In this document: piece by piece, positions 39,136 to 50,202 of the stretch | Numbering within the stretch: position 1 is the stretch's first letter | How the letters are laid out: every line of letters starts with the position of its first letter | DNA from: Myxococcota bacterium | GTDB taxonomy: Bacteria > Myxococcota_A > SURF-8 | Assembly: GCA_965140415.1 (NCBI GenBank) | Contig: OZ223209.1 | Location: forward strand, 4,544,001 to 4,608,000 | Direction: 5' to 3' | DNA: 64,000 nt | The notes under the pieces: generated by a model | Seen by the model: the letters and a program-made list of their open reading frames with translations, nothing else | What the model was told of the DNA's origin: nothing | Databases searched by the model: none | Translations under genes and position numbers: made by a program

Positions 39136-41793
39136 CTATTTCGATCCACCGGCCAGCGCCGCCAGCTCTTCGAAAGAAGCCGCTGCATGGTTCGCATCGG
39201 GCAGGCCGGGGGCTTCATAACCGTCGTCATTCAGATCGACGAAAATCGGGTTGGTGATAGTCAGCACCGGCTGTCCCGGCGATACCGGCGCAAGCCGCTT
39301 CAAAGGCGCTCCGGCCAGCACCACGAACCAGCTATCCTTGTCCACCGTGAGGCTAAAGGAAGCATCGTAGCGCACCACGGCGTCCTGCAACTGATCCGCT
39401 TCGACCGTGGCGACGATGTCCCCGTTCACGACGACCCTGATCCAGTCCACCGGCATCCAGCTTGGAGCCTGCACCTTGACGTGCAACTCCACGTTGCCGT
39501 TGCCACCCAATTCCGCCGTATCACCGATTTTGGCATCCCCGATCGTCGCCGTCACAAACGGTCCGCTGGCCGCCTGCACGCGCAGATTCTTGATGGCGTC
39601 CACGAACATCTCTTCGGTCACGAGCGAAGGATCGTCTTCTTCCGTGCGGATGAAGCTGCGGGCATCGCCCGGACAATCGTTGGTGTGGCAGTCGGAAACG
39701 GCGGTTCCGGCTTTATGAACGCCCTGATTGAAAAAGCTGAACCAGTCGGCGAGCGTGGCGGTTAGGGCGTCGTCTACATCGCCTGCGTTGATCAGTTCGA
39801 TGGCGTCCCAGTTCAGATCGAAATCCCCTTCTTCGAACGAATCCAAACCGACCAGCGGATCGTACTTGAAGGTATTCAGAAACCCCTGCGAATTGGAGCG
39901 CGGGTGGTTGATCTGAACGATTCCGGCGTCGTATTCCTCGCGCAGTTGCGCCCAGATATCGGGATAGGGAGGATTATCTTTCAGGGTGCAACTCGTATCG
40001 TCATAGTCGCCGTACCACTGCACGCCAAAATAGGTATTGCGATCCTCGCGCAGGCTCAGCGGAAATCCGTTCGTATGCGCCGCCACGGGTGAAACCTCAT
40101 CCCCTGCAATCAGGGTGATGAATTCCCGCAGCCCGAGACCGTCCACGTAAGGATCGAGATCCGAAACCACGTCGTGATCGGTAATGGGACTGCGCTCCAG
40201 ACCGACCGCCGCCATTTGAATGATGCGCTGCTCTACCGCCACCACCGCATCGATGCTGCGCTCGGTATGCATGTGCAGATCGCCCGCCACCCAGCCAGTG
40301 GTATCCACCGAACGTTGCAGGCTGCAATCTACATTGTAGGTATCACCAGCGGCGATGCTCGCGCTTTCCCGGCAGACTTCATATTCGTAACCGCGACTGA
40401 CGGTGATGGTGTAGTCGCCCGGCTCTATCAGGAAGCTGCCTTCGCCGCTGGCCGTGTACACACGCCGCCGTATCGACGCTGCAATGTCGGCATCCAGGCC
40501 GCTTTGCAGGGAAATGCGGGCCGGAAGGCGATCTTTCACGCTGCCGTCGAAGTGATCGCCACCGACGATAAACGAAACTCGTCCGGTAGCCGGTACGCTA
40601 AGCGCCGCTTGGGCAGGCTCTTCCGCTGCAACCGTTATGCTCTGGGAGTCCTCCGTCCACACGCGCCCTTTCCCGCCGATACGTAGCGTGTAGGTTCCGG
40701 CAGGCAGACTCAGCGTATTTTCACCGACAACGGCGTGGGCGAATCCGGCGGTCTTGCCATTGGCGTCGACGGCTTCCAGATCGAAGACCTCCTCTGCGTC
40801 GGCTTCATCGGCCACAGCGACCGTCACCGTAATGTCGCCTAAAGAACTTTCGCGCAACTCGGAATACGTCTTATAGATATCGGACACCGTTTCCGCCACA
40901 ATGAAATAGCGGGTGTACGAGCGGGTCTGCCCTGCGGCGACGTGGTCCTCGCCGAACCCCATATAGGGTAGAATGTCCGCCAGATCGGTAGCGATGGACA
41001 ACGCACCGTCTTTCGCCATGAAACCGTAGGCGATGCTCTTTCCATTGTTGTCCTCTTCAGTGGAAACGGCGATCTGCAAATCGAATTCGCCGAAACTCGC
41101 CAGGCCACTGACTCCCCAGCCGAAACCGGGAGTGAGGATGCTCAGGCGATTGCTCCACACGATGCCGTCGCCCATGGCGATATCGCTTTTCACCTCGGGA
41201 TGGACGGTGGTGGTGATTTCAATGTAATTCGCGCCCGGCACCAGCACGTAATCCAACGTAACCGCCATTTGATCGCAGCTAAGCGGCAGGGCGAAATCGA
41301 CAATAGGAATTCCCGCTACGATACCGGTGGCGCGCACATGGGCCTTCTCACCGCTCTGGCCGTCGTCTACGATCTCCACTTTTTCGGGCTTGAACGACTT
41401 AATGAAGGTCGTGATGGGTGAAATCTCGTCGAGCATGTCGTAGCCGTCGCCCTCGCGCAGGATATCGGCATCGATCACCGAGCCGCCGTAGGGCACCCAA
41501 CTGCGGGCGGGACCGGCACCCTGCACGATAAAACGGATCTTGTCGTTTCTAAGCAGAAAATCCCCAACGCGCCCGCCTGCGTCCGGTCCACCGATGAGCT
41601 CCTGCTCGTCGCTCACTTCCACCGCCAACAGATCGCGCTCGATAAGTTCGCCATCTTCCTCAGCATTTTCGGACAGTTCGGAGTCCCCATCCACGCTGTC
41701 GCCATCGGTGCTGGACGGGTTGTCCTCGGAAGAACAAGAGAACATGAACAGGATAATGGAAAGCACAGCCACCATTGGGAATGTTAATTTCAT
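39136..41793 (-). CDS. Lipoprotein PHP-like metallohydrolase (CehA/McbA family)
   Basis: AAGGAGG RBS; lipobox MFSC then SSEDNPSSTDGDSVDGD; GDLHMHT, TDHD, HTN, QINHPR, SDCH. Confidence 0.82.
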   Translation of the reverse strand: MKLTFPMVAVLSIILFMFSCSSEDNPSSTDGDSVDGDSELSENAEEDGELIERDLLAVEVSDEQELIGGPDAGGRVGDFLLRNDKIRFIVQGAGPARSWVPYGGSVIDADILREGDGYDMLDEISPITTFIKSFKPEKVEIVDDGQSGEKAHVRATGIVAGIPIVDFALPLSCDQMAVTLDYVLVPGANYIEITTTVHPEVKSDIAMGDGIVWSNRLSILTPGFGWGVSGLASFGEFDLQIAVSTEEDNNGKSIAYGFMAKDGALSIATDLADILPYMGFGEDHVAAGQTRSYTRYFIVAETVSDIYKTYSELRESSLGDITVTVAVADEADAEEVFDLEAVDANGKTAGFAHAVVGENTLSLPAGTYTLRIGGKGRVWTEDSQSITVAAEEPAQAALSVPATGRVSFIVGGDHFDGSVKDRLPARISLQSGLDADIAASIRRRVYTASGEGSFLIEPGDYTITVSRGYEYEVCRESASIAAGDTYNVDCSLQRSVDTTGWVAGDLHMHTERSIDAVVAVEQRIIQMAAVGLERSPITDHDVVSDLDPYVDGLGLREFITLIAGDEVSPVAAHTNGFPLSLREDRNTYFGVQWYGDYDDTSCTLKDNPPYPDIWAQLREEYDAGIVQINHPRSNSQGFLNTFKYDPLVGLDSFEEGDFDLNWDAIELINAGDVDDALTATLADWFSFFNQGVHKAGTAVSDCHTNDCPGDARSFIRTEEDDPSLVTEEMFVDAIKNLRVQAASGPFVTATIGDAKIGDTAELGGNGNVELHVKVQAPSWMPVDWIRVVVNGDIVATVEADQLQDAVVRYDASFSLTVDKDSWFVVLAGAPLKRLAPVSPGQPVLTITNPIFVDLNDDGYEAPGLPDANHAAASFEELAALAGGSK

Positions 41794-41933
41794 GTTAGAA
41801 TCCTCCTTCCCGAGTGTCCTAAACCGATGCGCGGGAGAAGTCAAGAAGGAAACGGTTCGAGATCTTTCTATTTCTTGACTTCTGAGAGTAAGTATTCTAT
41901 GAGATTAAAAATTAAACAAAAAAGGGCTATCTC

Positions 41934-44075
41934 ATGAATTTTATAGGAAAAGACGGCGGACGGTTGGTCGGATTCGTGCTGGCGGTTTTTCTCGGCTTGT
42001 CCGTATTCTATGGAGGCGCTATGGCAAATGAGCCAGACGCCCCTGCCAATTCCGATGCGACCTCCCAGCAAGAGCCAAATATAGCAGCCCGTGAATACAT
42101 CCTGAACTCGCTATATTTTTGGGCGCAGAAAAATATCAGCGTTCAATTTTCATGGCCGAAACAGAAATACTCGGAGTGCTTCAACCGCGTCAATTATAAG
42201 ATCTCCTGTTCTTCAGAGGCTGCAATTACAAGAAGAGATTGGGTTGAGCTTACCGCCGCTGCAAAAGTGAAAATAAACAGCAATCTTCCATTCACGTGCC
42301 ATTATTACGTAAAATGGAACGACAAAGTGGATGGGCACTCATTTGATAAAAAAATCCGAAAGAGAAATGTATGGGTGCAATTTTCCGATCCCCACGAGCG
42401 GGTTAACTCGAATGCCTGGTTGAAGGGAGAGGCACAAATGTCATGCAAATTGCCGCTGAAAAACATCTCTCGTGTTGTCGGATTATCACAGGAAAAGATC
42501 CTTGCTTCCCTACCTCCCACTGCAAGGGGAGCAGAAAACATTAGCTGGTTTACACCGAAAACGTACAAGAATTCACTGATAGTTGACATCCCCGGGATGG
42601 GTAATTTCACATCGAAACTATCTAACGAGGAATGGATTTCTTTTAAAAAGGCTTTCTCTCCCAAATCGATTGTTACCACTGGCGCTCTTGTGGCAAAGGG
42701 TGAGCCTGTTGGCGCGAAAGCCAAAATTACAGGTTTGGGAAAAAAGAGCATGATTAAAACCCTGCCGTTCACCCTGGAAAATCTACGACTGGGTTTATAT
42801 ACCCTCTCTTTTTCGGCCAATGGCTACATGCCGCAAGAGTATAGCGTGTATATCGAGCCGGGCGTTTCAAACAGCATCGACGTTTCGTTGCAAAAGCAAT
42901 CGGACACGGGAGAACAAGCAAGCGGAGCAGAGGATAAGCAAAATCTTCCTCCGGACACCCCTATAAAGATTTCCGCCGGTAATAATAACGCTTGCGCTCT
43001 GTTTGCCGGAGGGACCGTCAAGTGCTGGGGAAATGAAACTTGGGTCGGAGATGGAGTAAATCGTTTAAAACCACTTGGAGACCAGCGTCCGATCAAACCC
43101 GTCACGGTTGCGCTTGGAGAAAAAGCGATCGATATAGCGGCCGGATCCAGTTCCTCCTGCGCCGTCACAAAGAGCGGAAAAGTGAAATGCTGGGGAAGCA
43201 ATTTTGAGGGAGCCCTTGGCGATGGTGGAAAAGCTGGAAAGTATTCAAATATGCCCGTTCTTGTTTCCGGATTGAAAGAGAAAGTCACCAGTATTGCAAG
43301 TGGTGAACTTAACAGGTGCGCCGTGGGTGTTTCCGGCAGGGTGTTTTGCTGGGGCTCTAATAGCGGTTCAGCTTGTGGACAGGCATATGTTTCAGGAGGA
43401 ACTAAAAAAGCAAGCATGGTTGCGGGAGCGAATAACGCGGTTTCCGTTTTGATCGGCGAAGAACACGGCTGCCATCATACCAGAATCGGGCAGATCTATT
43501 GCTGGGGTAAATGTTCCCGAGGTCAATGCGGAAACGAAAGCTATTACAAGGCTAATAAATATAAGAGCTCCCTTGTGCCAATGCTTACAGAGGGCATTGA
43601 AAAAAATATAAAATCCATTTCGTCACGATACCGGCACAGCTGCGCACTTCTTGATAACGGCAAAATCAAATGCTGGGGCTGGAATGAGTATGGTCAGCTT
43701 GGAAACGGACAAATGGGAAAAGGAAACGAATCGGCCCTGCCAATTTACGTTGAAGGCCTACCGGATGCCACCATTGATGTTTCAGTTGGCTATAAACACA
43801 CCTGCGCCGTAATGGCGAATGGCGATGCATACTGCTGGGGCGCTAATTATTCCGGCGAGTGCGGTACAGGCAGAAAATCGCCGGGGGAAATCGCAAGACC
43901 TGCCAAAGTAACCATCACGAATGAAAAGATACGGGATATTTCTTGTGGACGTAACTTAACTTGTGCCATTACCGAAAGCCGGAAAGTGCTTTGCTGGGGC
44001 GAAAACCGTGATGGCCAATGCGGGAATAGTGAGAAAAGTTATGTAATCGAGCAAGCCGTTGAAGTTAAATTCTGA
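41934..44075 (+). CDS. Secreted protein with a PEGA-like domain and an RCC1-like beta-propeller (AT-rich)
   Basis: Signal peptide; TLPFTLENLRLGLYTLSFSANGY; seven CA..G.V.CWG.N-type repeats. Confidence 0.82.
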   Translation: MNFIGKDGGRLVGFVLAVFLGLSVFYGGAMANEPDAPANSDATSQQEPNIAAREYILNSLYFWAQKNISVQFSWPKQKYSECFNRVNYKISCSSEAAITRRDWVELTAAAKVKINSNLPFTCHYYVKWNDKVDGHSFDKKIRKRNVWVQFSDPHERVNSNAWLKGEAQMSCKLPLKNISRVVGLSQEKILASLPPTARGAENISWFTPKTYKNSLIVDIPGMGNFTSKLSNEEWISFKKAFSPKSIVTTGALVAKGEPVGAKAKITGLGKKSMIKTLPFTLENLRLGLYTLSFSANGYMPQEYSVYIEPGVSNSIDVSLQKQSDTGEQASGAEDKQNLPPDTPIKISAGNNNACALFAGGTVKCWGNETWVGDGVNRLKPLGDQRPIKPVTVALGEKAIDIAAGSSSSCAVTKSGKVKCWGSNFEGALGDGGKAGKYSNMPVLVSGLKEKVTSIASGELNRCAVGVSGRVFCWGSNSGSACGQAYVSGGTKKASMVAGANNAVSVLIGEEHGCHHTRIGQIYCWGKCSRGQCGNESYYKANKYKSSLVPMLTEGIEKNIKSISSRYRHSCALLDNGKIKCWGWNEYGQLGNGQMGKGNESALPIYVEGLPDATIDVSVGYKHTCAVMANGDAYCWGANYSGECGTGRKSPGEIARPAKVTITNEKIRDISCGRNLTCAITESRKVLCWGENRDGQCGNSEKSYVIEQAVEVKF

Positions 44076-44460
44076 TTACGGAGGTTATAGCGAGCGACAA
44101 CCTCTTTTCGAAATCACTCCAAATTTCCGCTATCCGGGTCTTCGATTGAAACCGAATCGATGTCCCGGAAGTTTCGATTATAGATAGCCATTTGATTGCA
44201 GCGGAAGTCCATGACTTACCCACCGGTGGAGGCTGCGAGTAATTCCGAAAATACGGCAAGTTTTAATCGTTAGATGAATCCTTAAACGATTGTCACTCAC
44301 GACTTATCACAAACCATGATCCCGGTTGACACATCGTTCTAGAATCAGTAGAATCTCCCCATCGTACGGGACTTACAAAAGTTTACGAAACAAAAGACCA
44401 TCGCGTGTGCAATCGAGGATTGTAAGGATGGGCTTGGTATATCCAGGAAGTGAGCATCAC

Positions 44461-46449
44461 ATGAAAAAAAGTACAGCAGTCGGAATCATTTTGTGGATGG
44501 CGGTGTTGTTAGGGCTTCTGGCAGGTTGTTCCGATTCGATCCTGCAAGATCGCAATGACGACCCGGATGGCGATACACAACAAAACGAGCCGGACGGTGA
44601 CGACGGCAACCAGAATCCGATTACACCCCATCTGCCGATTATCGATGGCGATTCTACCGACGGTGACTCCTCGACAGATGGCGACAACTCCCCCGACGGA
44701 GACAATTCTATAGACGGTGACAATTCCACCGATGGTGACACGCCAATAGATGGCGACACTCCGGTGGACGGCGATCACAATCCCGACGGCGATAACCTGC
44801 CGGACGGCGATGTTTTCCCCGATGGCGATACGCCGGTAGACGGGGACACTCCCGTGGATGGCGATTACCCGAGCCTCACCTGCGATTTCGATTCGACCGC
44901 GCGCTTTCCTATTGCAAACGTTCAGCCGCAGCAGGTTGCATTCGGCGGCATCCCGCTCGGACAACTAAGCAGCCGGTGGGTGACGATCTGCAACATGGGT
45001 GGCGCAACACTGCAACTTAATTCAGCAGAGCTTAGCCGGGAAACGAGCCGGGAATACTATCTCGACCAAGTTTCCATCGTCGCCTTTCCCGTCCAACTTG
45101 CACCAGGAGAAGGAATAATCCTCCAGATTTTCTACGCCCCGGCGGATGCAGGAACGGATAACGGCGAATTGATCATCACGACCAACGATCCGGACCGAAC
45201 CGAAATCCAGATACCGCTCAGCGGCGAGGCGACCTTCGAAACCTCAGTGGTCATCGATCCTCGCACCTTGATTTTCAATGAAAACAATGTCGGCAGCACC
45301 AAAACGTTCTCCATTCAAAACCAGGGCGATATTTCCGTCACGGTAGAAGACATCAGCCTGCTTTCCCTTGGTTTGACGATCTTTTCCATCGACCATATCG
45401 AACTGGCCGCAGCTCCAGCCGCCGATGAAGGCCCCTGGACCTTGCCAAAGAATACCACCATGATCGTCTACATTCGCCTTCATGAAGCCATGCCCGGCTT
45501 TACCGATCAGGCCCAGGTTTCCTGGAGCGATGGGGATATGCTGCACACCGAGCAGGTTCTGTTGACCTTCCCCTCTGATGAAGACACCTGTGCGGTCGCA
45601 AACATCCAGCCTGCCGTATCGGAAGCGGTTGTGGAAGATCTGGTTCCCCTGGATGCCAGCAGTTCCTACGATCCCAATGGGACCATCATGCAATATCGCT
45701 GGAGCTTCGATAGGATTCCCTCAGCCGGAGGCGAAGCAGTTATATTCAATCAGTCGCACAACGACATCACCGATATTTGGAGCGCAGAGGCGAAACCGAA
45801 GGTGCTGGTGCCCGTCTCCGGAACCTATGTCGTGCGCTTGTCTGTAAGAGATTCTGAATCGGATTGTACCGGCGTGCATGAAGCGACGGCGACTATCGAA
45901 GTCGAAGAAAACGTCCTGGCCGCAGATATCCATCTGGAACTGACTTGGAACATTCCCAATAACGATCACGATCTGCACCTGATCCAGCCGGGCGGCTTCC
46001 ATTCACGCAACTGCTCCGACGGCAACCAGACCGATTGCCACTGGTGCAACTGCGCCACGCAGGGTGGCACGGCGACGCCTTGTCCCCCTCGCGGCTGCCC
46101 CGGCCCGGCAGAAGCTCCCGACTGGGGAGAGATCGGCAATCGCGACGACGATCCACGCCTGGACCTCGACGACATCCAGGGAATGGGACCGGAATACATC
46201 AACTACAATTTACCGGCTTCAGGCGATTATACCGTCACGGTGGAAAACTATTCGGGATCGACCAACGTAACCAGCACGGTCCGCGTGTACCTGCGCGGCG
46301 AATTGGCCGAAACCTTCACCTATGGACCACCCGACGACACGAATGGATTCCCATCCAACAGCCACTGGAATGTATGTACTTTGCGTGTGGCAGCACCGGA
46401 TGACGTTACGATCATTCCGTTGGGAACGGTGGAAGACTCCACTTACTGA
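44461..46449 (+). CDS. Surface lipoprotein: DGD hexapeptide array, Ig-like (ASH/choice-of-anchor D-like) domains, PKD domain, YfaP/DUF2135-like C-terminus
   Basis: Lipobox LAGC; ITTNDPD; LDASSSYDPNG..YRW; LELTW..DHDLHL..LDLDD..GPEYI. Confidence 0.75.
   Translation: MKKSTAVGIILWMAVLLGLLAGCSDSILQDRNDDPDGDTQQNEPDGDDGNQNPITPHLPIIDGDSTDGDSSTDGDNSPDGDNSIDGDNSTDGDTPIDGDTPVDGDHNPDGDNLPDGDVFPDGDTPVDGDTPVDGDYPSLTCDFDSTARFPIANVQPQQVAFGGIPLGQLSSRWVTICNMGGATLQLNSAELSRETSREYYLDQVSIVAFPVQLAPGEGIILQIFYAPADAGTDNGELIITTNDPDRTEIQIPLSGEATFETSVVIDPRTLIFNENNVGSTKTFSIQNQGDISVTVEDISLLSLGLTIFSIDHIELAAAPAADEGPWTLPKNTTMIVYIRLHEAMPGFTDQAQVSWSDGDMLHTEQVLLTFPSDEDTCAVANIQPAVSEAVVEDLVPLDASSSYDPNGTIMQYRWSFDRIPSAGGEAVIFNQSHNDITDIWSAEAKPKVLVPVSGTYVVRLSVRDSESDCTGVHEATATIEVEENVLAADIHLELTWNIPNNDHDLHLIQPGGFHSRNCSDGNQTDCHWCNCATQGGTATPCPPRGCPGPAEAPDWGEIGNRDDDPRLDLDDIQGMGPEYINYNLPASGDYTVTVENYSGSTNVTSTVRVYLRGELAETFTYGPPDDTNGFPSNSHWNVCTLRVAAPDDVTIIPLGTVEDSTY
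44644..44865 (+). repeat. Mostly 18-nt coding repeat, 13 x DGDxxx
   Basis: DGDNSP, DGDNSI, DGDTPV etc., read directly. Confidence 0.9.
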
Positions 46450-46629
46450 CACCGAGTAAAATTCATGTGACTTATCAGTTACGGTTCGCGTTCTTCTAAT
46501 TTAATATCAGTTGTTCGGTTTTGTATTGACAAGCCGGTGCAAGTGAACTATGGAAGTAATGTTTGTAAAGCGCATGCTTTACAAACGTTGACGTGTATTC
46601 ATTACTGTACAATCAGCAAAGGGGTGAAC

Positions 46630-47322
46630 ATGAAACGAACGAGAATGCTTTCATTTGGAATCAGCTTGTGCGCGGTCGTATTGCTACTGGCGGCCTGTGG
46701 CGCTCCCTACACCTTGGTCGAGTCCAGCATGCACAGCCTTTCTCCGCAGCGCAGCCAGATCGCCGTGGCCGTCTGGCAGGACGGCGACTACGATTCCGAT
46801 CCCAGCGAATTGCAGGCCTACCTGACTGTCGCGCTGGTAAACAAAGGCTTCAAAGCGCGCGCCTTCAACCTGGAAATGCTGTTCGGGCGTTCCTATCTCA
46901 AACGCCTGATGACCGGCGATCTGTATGCGCCCACCGACGGCATGGTCGCCGGAATGAAAAAGGGCGGCATGATCGAAGGCGATGCGGCGGCCCTGGAAGA
47001 TTTCATTCCGCGCACCGAAAAACTGGATGAAGTGGCGCGTTACAAGACCATGGAAAAACTGGCCAAAGATCTGCCGGGCGACTGGGACTACAACTACCTG
47101 ATGGTCGTGCATCAGTTCGACACTTGGAGCTTCGCTTCTTACGTGATCGACATCGAATCCAAAGACGTCGTGAACATGGTCGTGCTCTCCGGTAGCCGCG
47201 ACGGCTTCATCAATGCGCTGAATCAACCCAAGATCGGCAAGGTCGGTTCCGACGCTCAGGATGGCGACGTCAGCCGCCTGCACTGGCTGCGTCTTGCGGG
47301 ATACCTTGTGGACCGCCTGTAA
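46630..47322 (+). CDS. Lipoprotein of unknown function (possibly CsgG/LpoB-like alpha/beta fold)
   Basis: Lipobox LAAC; no acidic patch after the Cys. Confidence 0.65.
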   Translation: MKRTRMLSFGISLCAVVLLLAACGAPYTLVESSMHSLSPQRSQIAVAVWQDGDYDSDPSELQAYLTVALVNKGFKARAFNLEMLFGRSYLKRLMTGDLYAPTDGMVAGMKKGGMIEGDAAALEDFIPRTEKLDEVARYKTMEKLAKDLPGDWDYNYLMVVHQFDTWSFASYVIDIESKDVVNMVVLSGSRDGFINALNQPKIGKVGSDAQDGDVSRLHWLRLAGYLVDRL

Positions 47323-47334
47323 AGGGGGACCAAC

Positions 47335-47760
47335 ATGTCAAGCAAACGACTGCTGATCCTACTTGTTGTGGCTTTACTGGCATTTAGCCTGGCTTTCGAT
47401 GCCTCCGCCGCGACAAAGAGAAAAAGCAAGAAAAAATCGAAACGTAAAAGAGCTTCCGTCGTAAAACTGGAGAAAAAACTGGATCAAGCAGAAGTGAAGA
47501 TCCAGCAGTTGCAGCAAAAACTGGACGCTGCCGTAGCCGCTGCCAAGCAAGCCAAGAAAAAAGCGGCGGTCGCTTCCGGTGATCCGAACGCGGTGGCTGC
47601 CGGAAAGCTGCGCATCAGCTGGTCTCCGGATCTCGGTAATGAAGACAAACCCAAAGCCCAGCCGAAGCCGTCCAAAAGACTGCGCTTCCGCTGGGGTGCA
47701 GCAGCGGGTCAGAAATCTGCCGGAGGAGAACTCTCCGACTGGATGGACGTCTTCCACTAA
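47335..47760 (+). CDS. Secreted Lys-rich coiled-coil protein
   Basis: Signal peptide ending ASA; KRKSKKKSKRKR; heptads; 12 bp after the previous stop. Confidence 0.65.
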   Translation: MSSKRLLILLVVALLAFSLAFDASAATKRKSKKKSKRKRASVVKLEKKLDQAEVKIQQLQQKLDAAVAAAKQAKKKAAVASGDPNAVAAGKLRISWSPDLGNEDKPKAQPKPSKRLRFRWGAAAGQKSAGGELSDWMDVFH

Positions 47761-47809
47761 CCGCTAGCAGCTCCGGTCATAGTTACTATGGCCAAACAGA
47801 GGCCCTCCG

Positions 47810-47848
47810 TCCCCCCGTAGTCCACTGTGATTGCGGGGGGATTCTTTT
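47810..47848 (+). terminator. Intrinsic terminator
   Basis: TCCCCCCGTAGTC..GATTGCGGGGGGA followed by TTCTTTT. Confidence 0.7.
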
Positions 47849-48095
47849 GCCAGCCTTACATCTCTTTAAACGATCTGGACATGTAGATACATTTTAGCAA
47901 TGTCAGGTGAAATTAACCGACCTGCCCGATTTTGTATTTTCCGCCTCCCATCATCTCACAATATCGCTTGACATGGACAGGATGAAGCCATAATAATTCG
48001 CAAGGTCAGAATTGAAATGCCATCGTTTGACAAGCCTGGCAGTAACGGATCCATCTTAAAAAAACTATAGTTGTTTAGAAGTGTTAGCGCAGTCC

Positions 48096-50174
48096 ATGAA
48101 TGCTTCTTCCATATATATATTGCATGACCTGTTATATGAAACCTGTACCATACTACTCAGGGCATCGGAGATAAGTATCGCTTTTCTGATTCTTGTTTTT
48201 CTCCACAATCGTTATCTTCAGAAAATAACCAACAAAATCAAATGCGTACGAAAGGAACAACTATTTCCCGTAATCTATTCGAGTCTTGTTGCTCTGTCAT
48301 TCAATTACTTACTGCTCAATGCAATCGACGCTTTTCCTGTCGAGCATTCCAGGTATATTTCGTGGCCTATATCCACCATGGCTATTCTCATCCTTTTTGC
48401 CATGGCCACGAATGATTACAAAACAAGGAAATATCATATTGAACTTATTTCAATAGTAATCTTTGCCGACATTTCATGCGCATTCGCCGACAGCCAATTA
48501 TTCGATCAAGGATTCAAACCCCTATGGCTTAAGGGCATTGCGTGGGACTTGTTGCTTAAAATAAATGTCCCAATTATCGAGCAATTCGATGTAACACTGA
48601 AAAATTTATATATAAATAATTTACATACGATAGGGACCATTGCTATCGATTGGGTGGCAGAATACTTATTCCCATTAAGCATGGCATTGTCACTTCTTAT
48701 TGCCTCCACGTTGATTCGGTCGTTTAAGCCGTTGGTTTACCATTCATCCAGCAAAACGCCTTATGAATTCCATAGGAAGAATATTCCTCTGCTTATTTTT
48801 GCATTGGCATTGATCTTAGCCCTTTTACTTTCAAGCATGCCATACTTGGGTAATGAATATTCCACATCACATTTGCGTGATTCTTCACAGAGCGAAGAAC
48901 CACTTTGGAGATTATCACCTGAAGTTTCCCGTTCATTCGAGCCACTTATGGAAACAGGGAAATGTCAACTCCATCAAATTCGTATCTCAGAGGATGAAAT
49001 TTATTGTCGCTTTGAAGACGGAAAGGCATGGTTTTCCGGCACCATTTTTCACAGGCAAAACGGTATGGATCTGGGGCTACAAGAAAATTCGATGATATCC
49101 GCAGATGGAAATTCGATTTTCGAGTACGAGCGACTTCCCACTTCCAGCGATTGTCTCCACTTTGTCAAATCGGGCGTAACACCACTACTGAATACGATTA
49201 CCTGGGAGACGACGCATCGTGAAAGAATGAAATCGCTATCGCAACCTGTTACGCTTGAAAATGAAGAAGCCAACCTGTTTTCAGACCTTGAGTCATGGAT
49301 TCGCGACAACAGTTTTCAATTGGCAATACTCTTTACTCTCTTACTGTATATTTTGACTGTCACCTCTGTTACTCCAACTTCTCGTAGGGGGTTGCTTATT
49401 GGATTGCTGCTTCTTTTTTCGGGATATTTCCACTGGTTTGATCATACTTCCAGTATCAGTTACATTTTGTTCTCAATAGGACTTGGAGCTGGAGTTTTGT
49501 TGGTCACGATAAACGGTGTGAGGCTTTTACCGAGACGTTTCCGAAAGCAAGGACGAATTATTCTATTATGTCTGTTGTTGTCCAGCATAACGATTGCAAC
49601 GATCCTAACGGTACTATGCTGCATCATGTGCTCCATGGGATTTCTTCATGTTCCCGATGTCCCTGATTCGCGAAGGAAGCAGAATACTTTTATAGCAAAA
49701 AGAGTAATCGTCTCATGTGTTATTCTTTTTGTTCTGACTATTGGTAGTTGCGGAATATTCAAGAAAGTTGAAACTCTTGCGCTGCAAAACATTGAGTTGT
49801 CCAGTCAAGGAAAGCAAGAATCGGTTTTACTTATCCCGCTTCCAACTATTGATGCGGAACCTCTTGGTTTGGTGCAAGAAAGGGCTCAGTTGGCTTGTAA
49901 AAAAGAGAATAAGAATCTTGTTCGAATTGATCAAATCAAGCAGTCTTGCAACGAATATTCTCAAAGTGCGCTTAACAACAAGATGGATAAAATCTTGGGA
50001 AAAGAGAAAATTATTCTTGCCGATTCAACCAATGGAGCCGCTGTCATCGTTGCAGGAGGGGGAATAATTGGACGTAATTGGGAAACCATCTGTCCGGTTG
50101 TTTTTTTACAACCTCCATCCATGCTCGTCGATGAAAGTTTTTCAATTACAGACCCTGTGGCGCTATGCCAGTGA
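48096..50174 (+). CDS. AT-rich multi-pass membrane protein of unknown function
   Basis: About 690-codon ORF with many hydrophobic segments; no recognised motif; start uncertain (48081 or 48096). Confidence 0.55.
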   Translation: MNASSIYILHDLLYETCTILLRASEISIAFLILVFLHNRYLQKITNKIKCVRKEQLFPVIYSSLVALSFNYLLLNAIDAFPVEHSRYISWPISTMAILILFAMATNDYKTRKYHIELISIVIFADISCAFADSQLFDQGFKPLWLKGIAWDLLLKINVPIIEQFDVTLKNLYINNLHTIGTIAIDWVAEYLFPLSMALSLLIASTLIRSFKPLVYHSSSKTPYEFHRKNIPLLIFALALILALLLSSMPYLGNEYSTSHLRDSSQSEEPLWRLSPEVSRSFEPLMETGKCQLHQIRISEDEIYCRFEDGKAWFSGTIFHRQNGMDLGLQENSMISADGNSIFEYERLPTSSDCLHFVKSGVTPLLNTITWETTHRERMKSLSQPVTLENEEANLFSDLESWIRDNSFQLAILFTLLLYILTVTSVTPTSRRGLLIGLLLLFSGYFHWFDHTSSISYILFSIGLGAGVLLVTINGVRLLPRRFRKQGRIILLCLLLSSITIATILTVLCCIMCSMGFLHVPDVPDSRRKQNTFIAKRVIVSCVILFVLTIGSCGIFKKVETLALQNIELSSQGKQESVLLIPLPTIDAEPLGLVQERAQLACKKENKNLVRIDQIKQSCNEYSQSALNNKMDKILGKEKIILADSTNGAAVIVAGGGIIGRNWETICPVVFLQPPSMLVDESFSITDPVALCQ

Positions 50175-50202
50175 TAAACAAAACCAACAAAAAGCATTTC
50201 TA

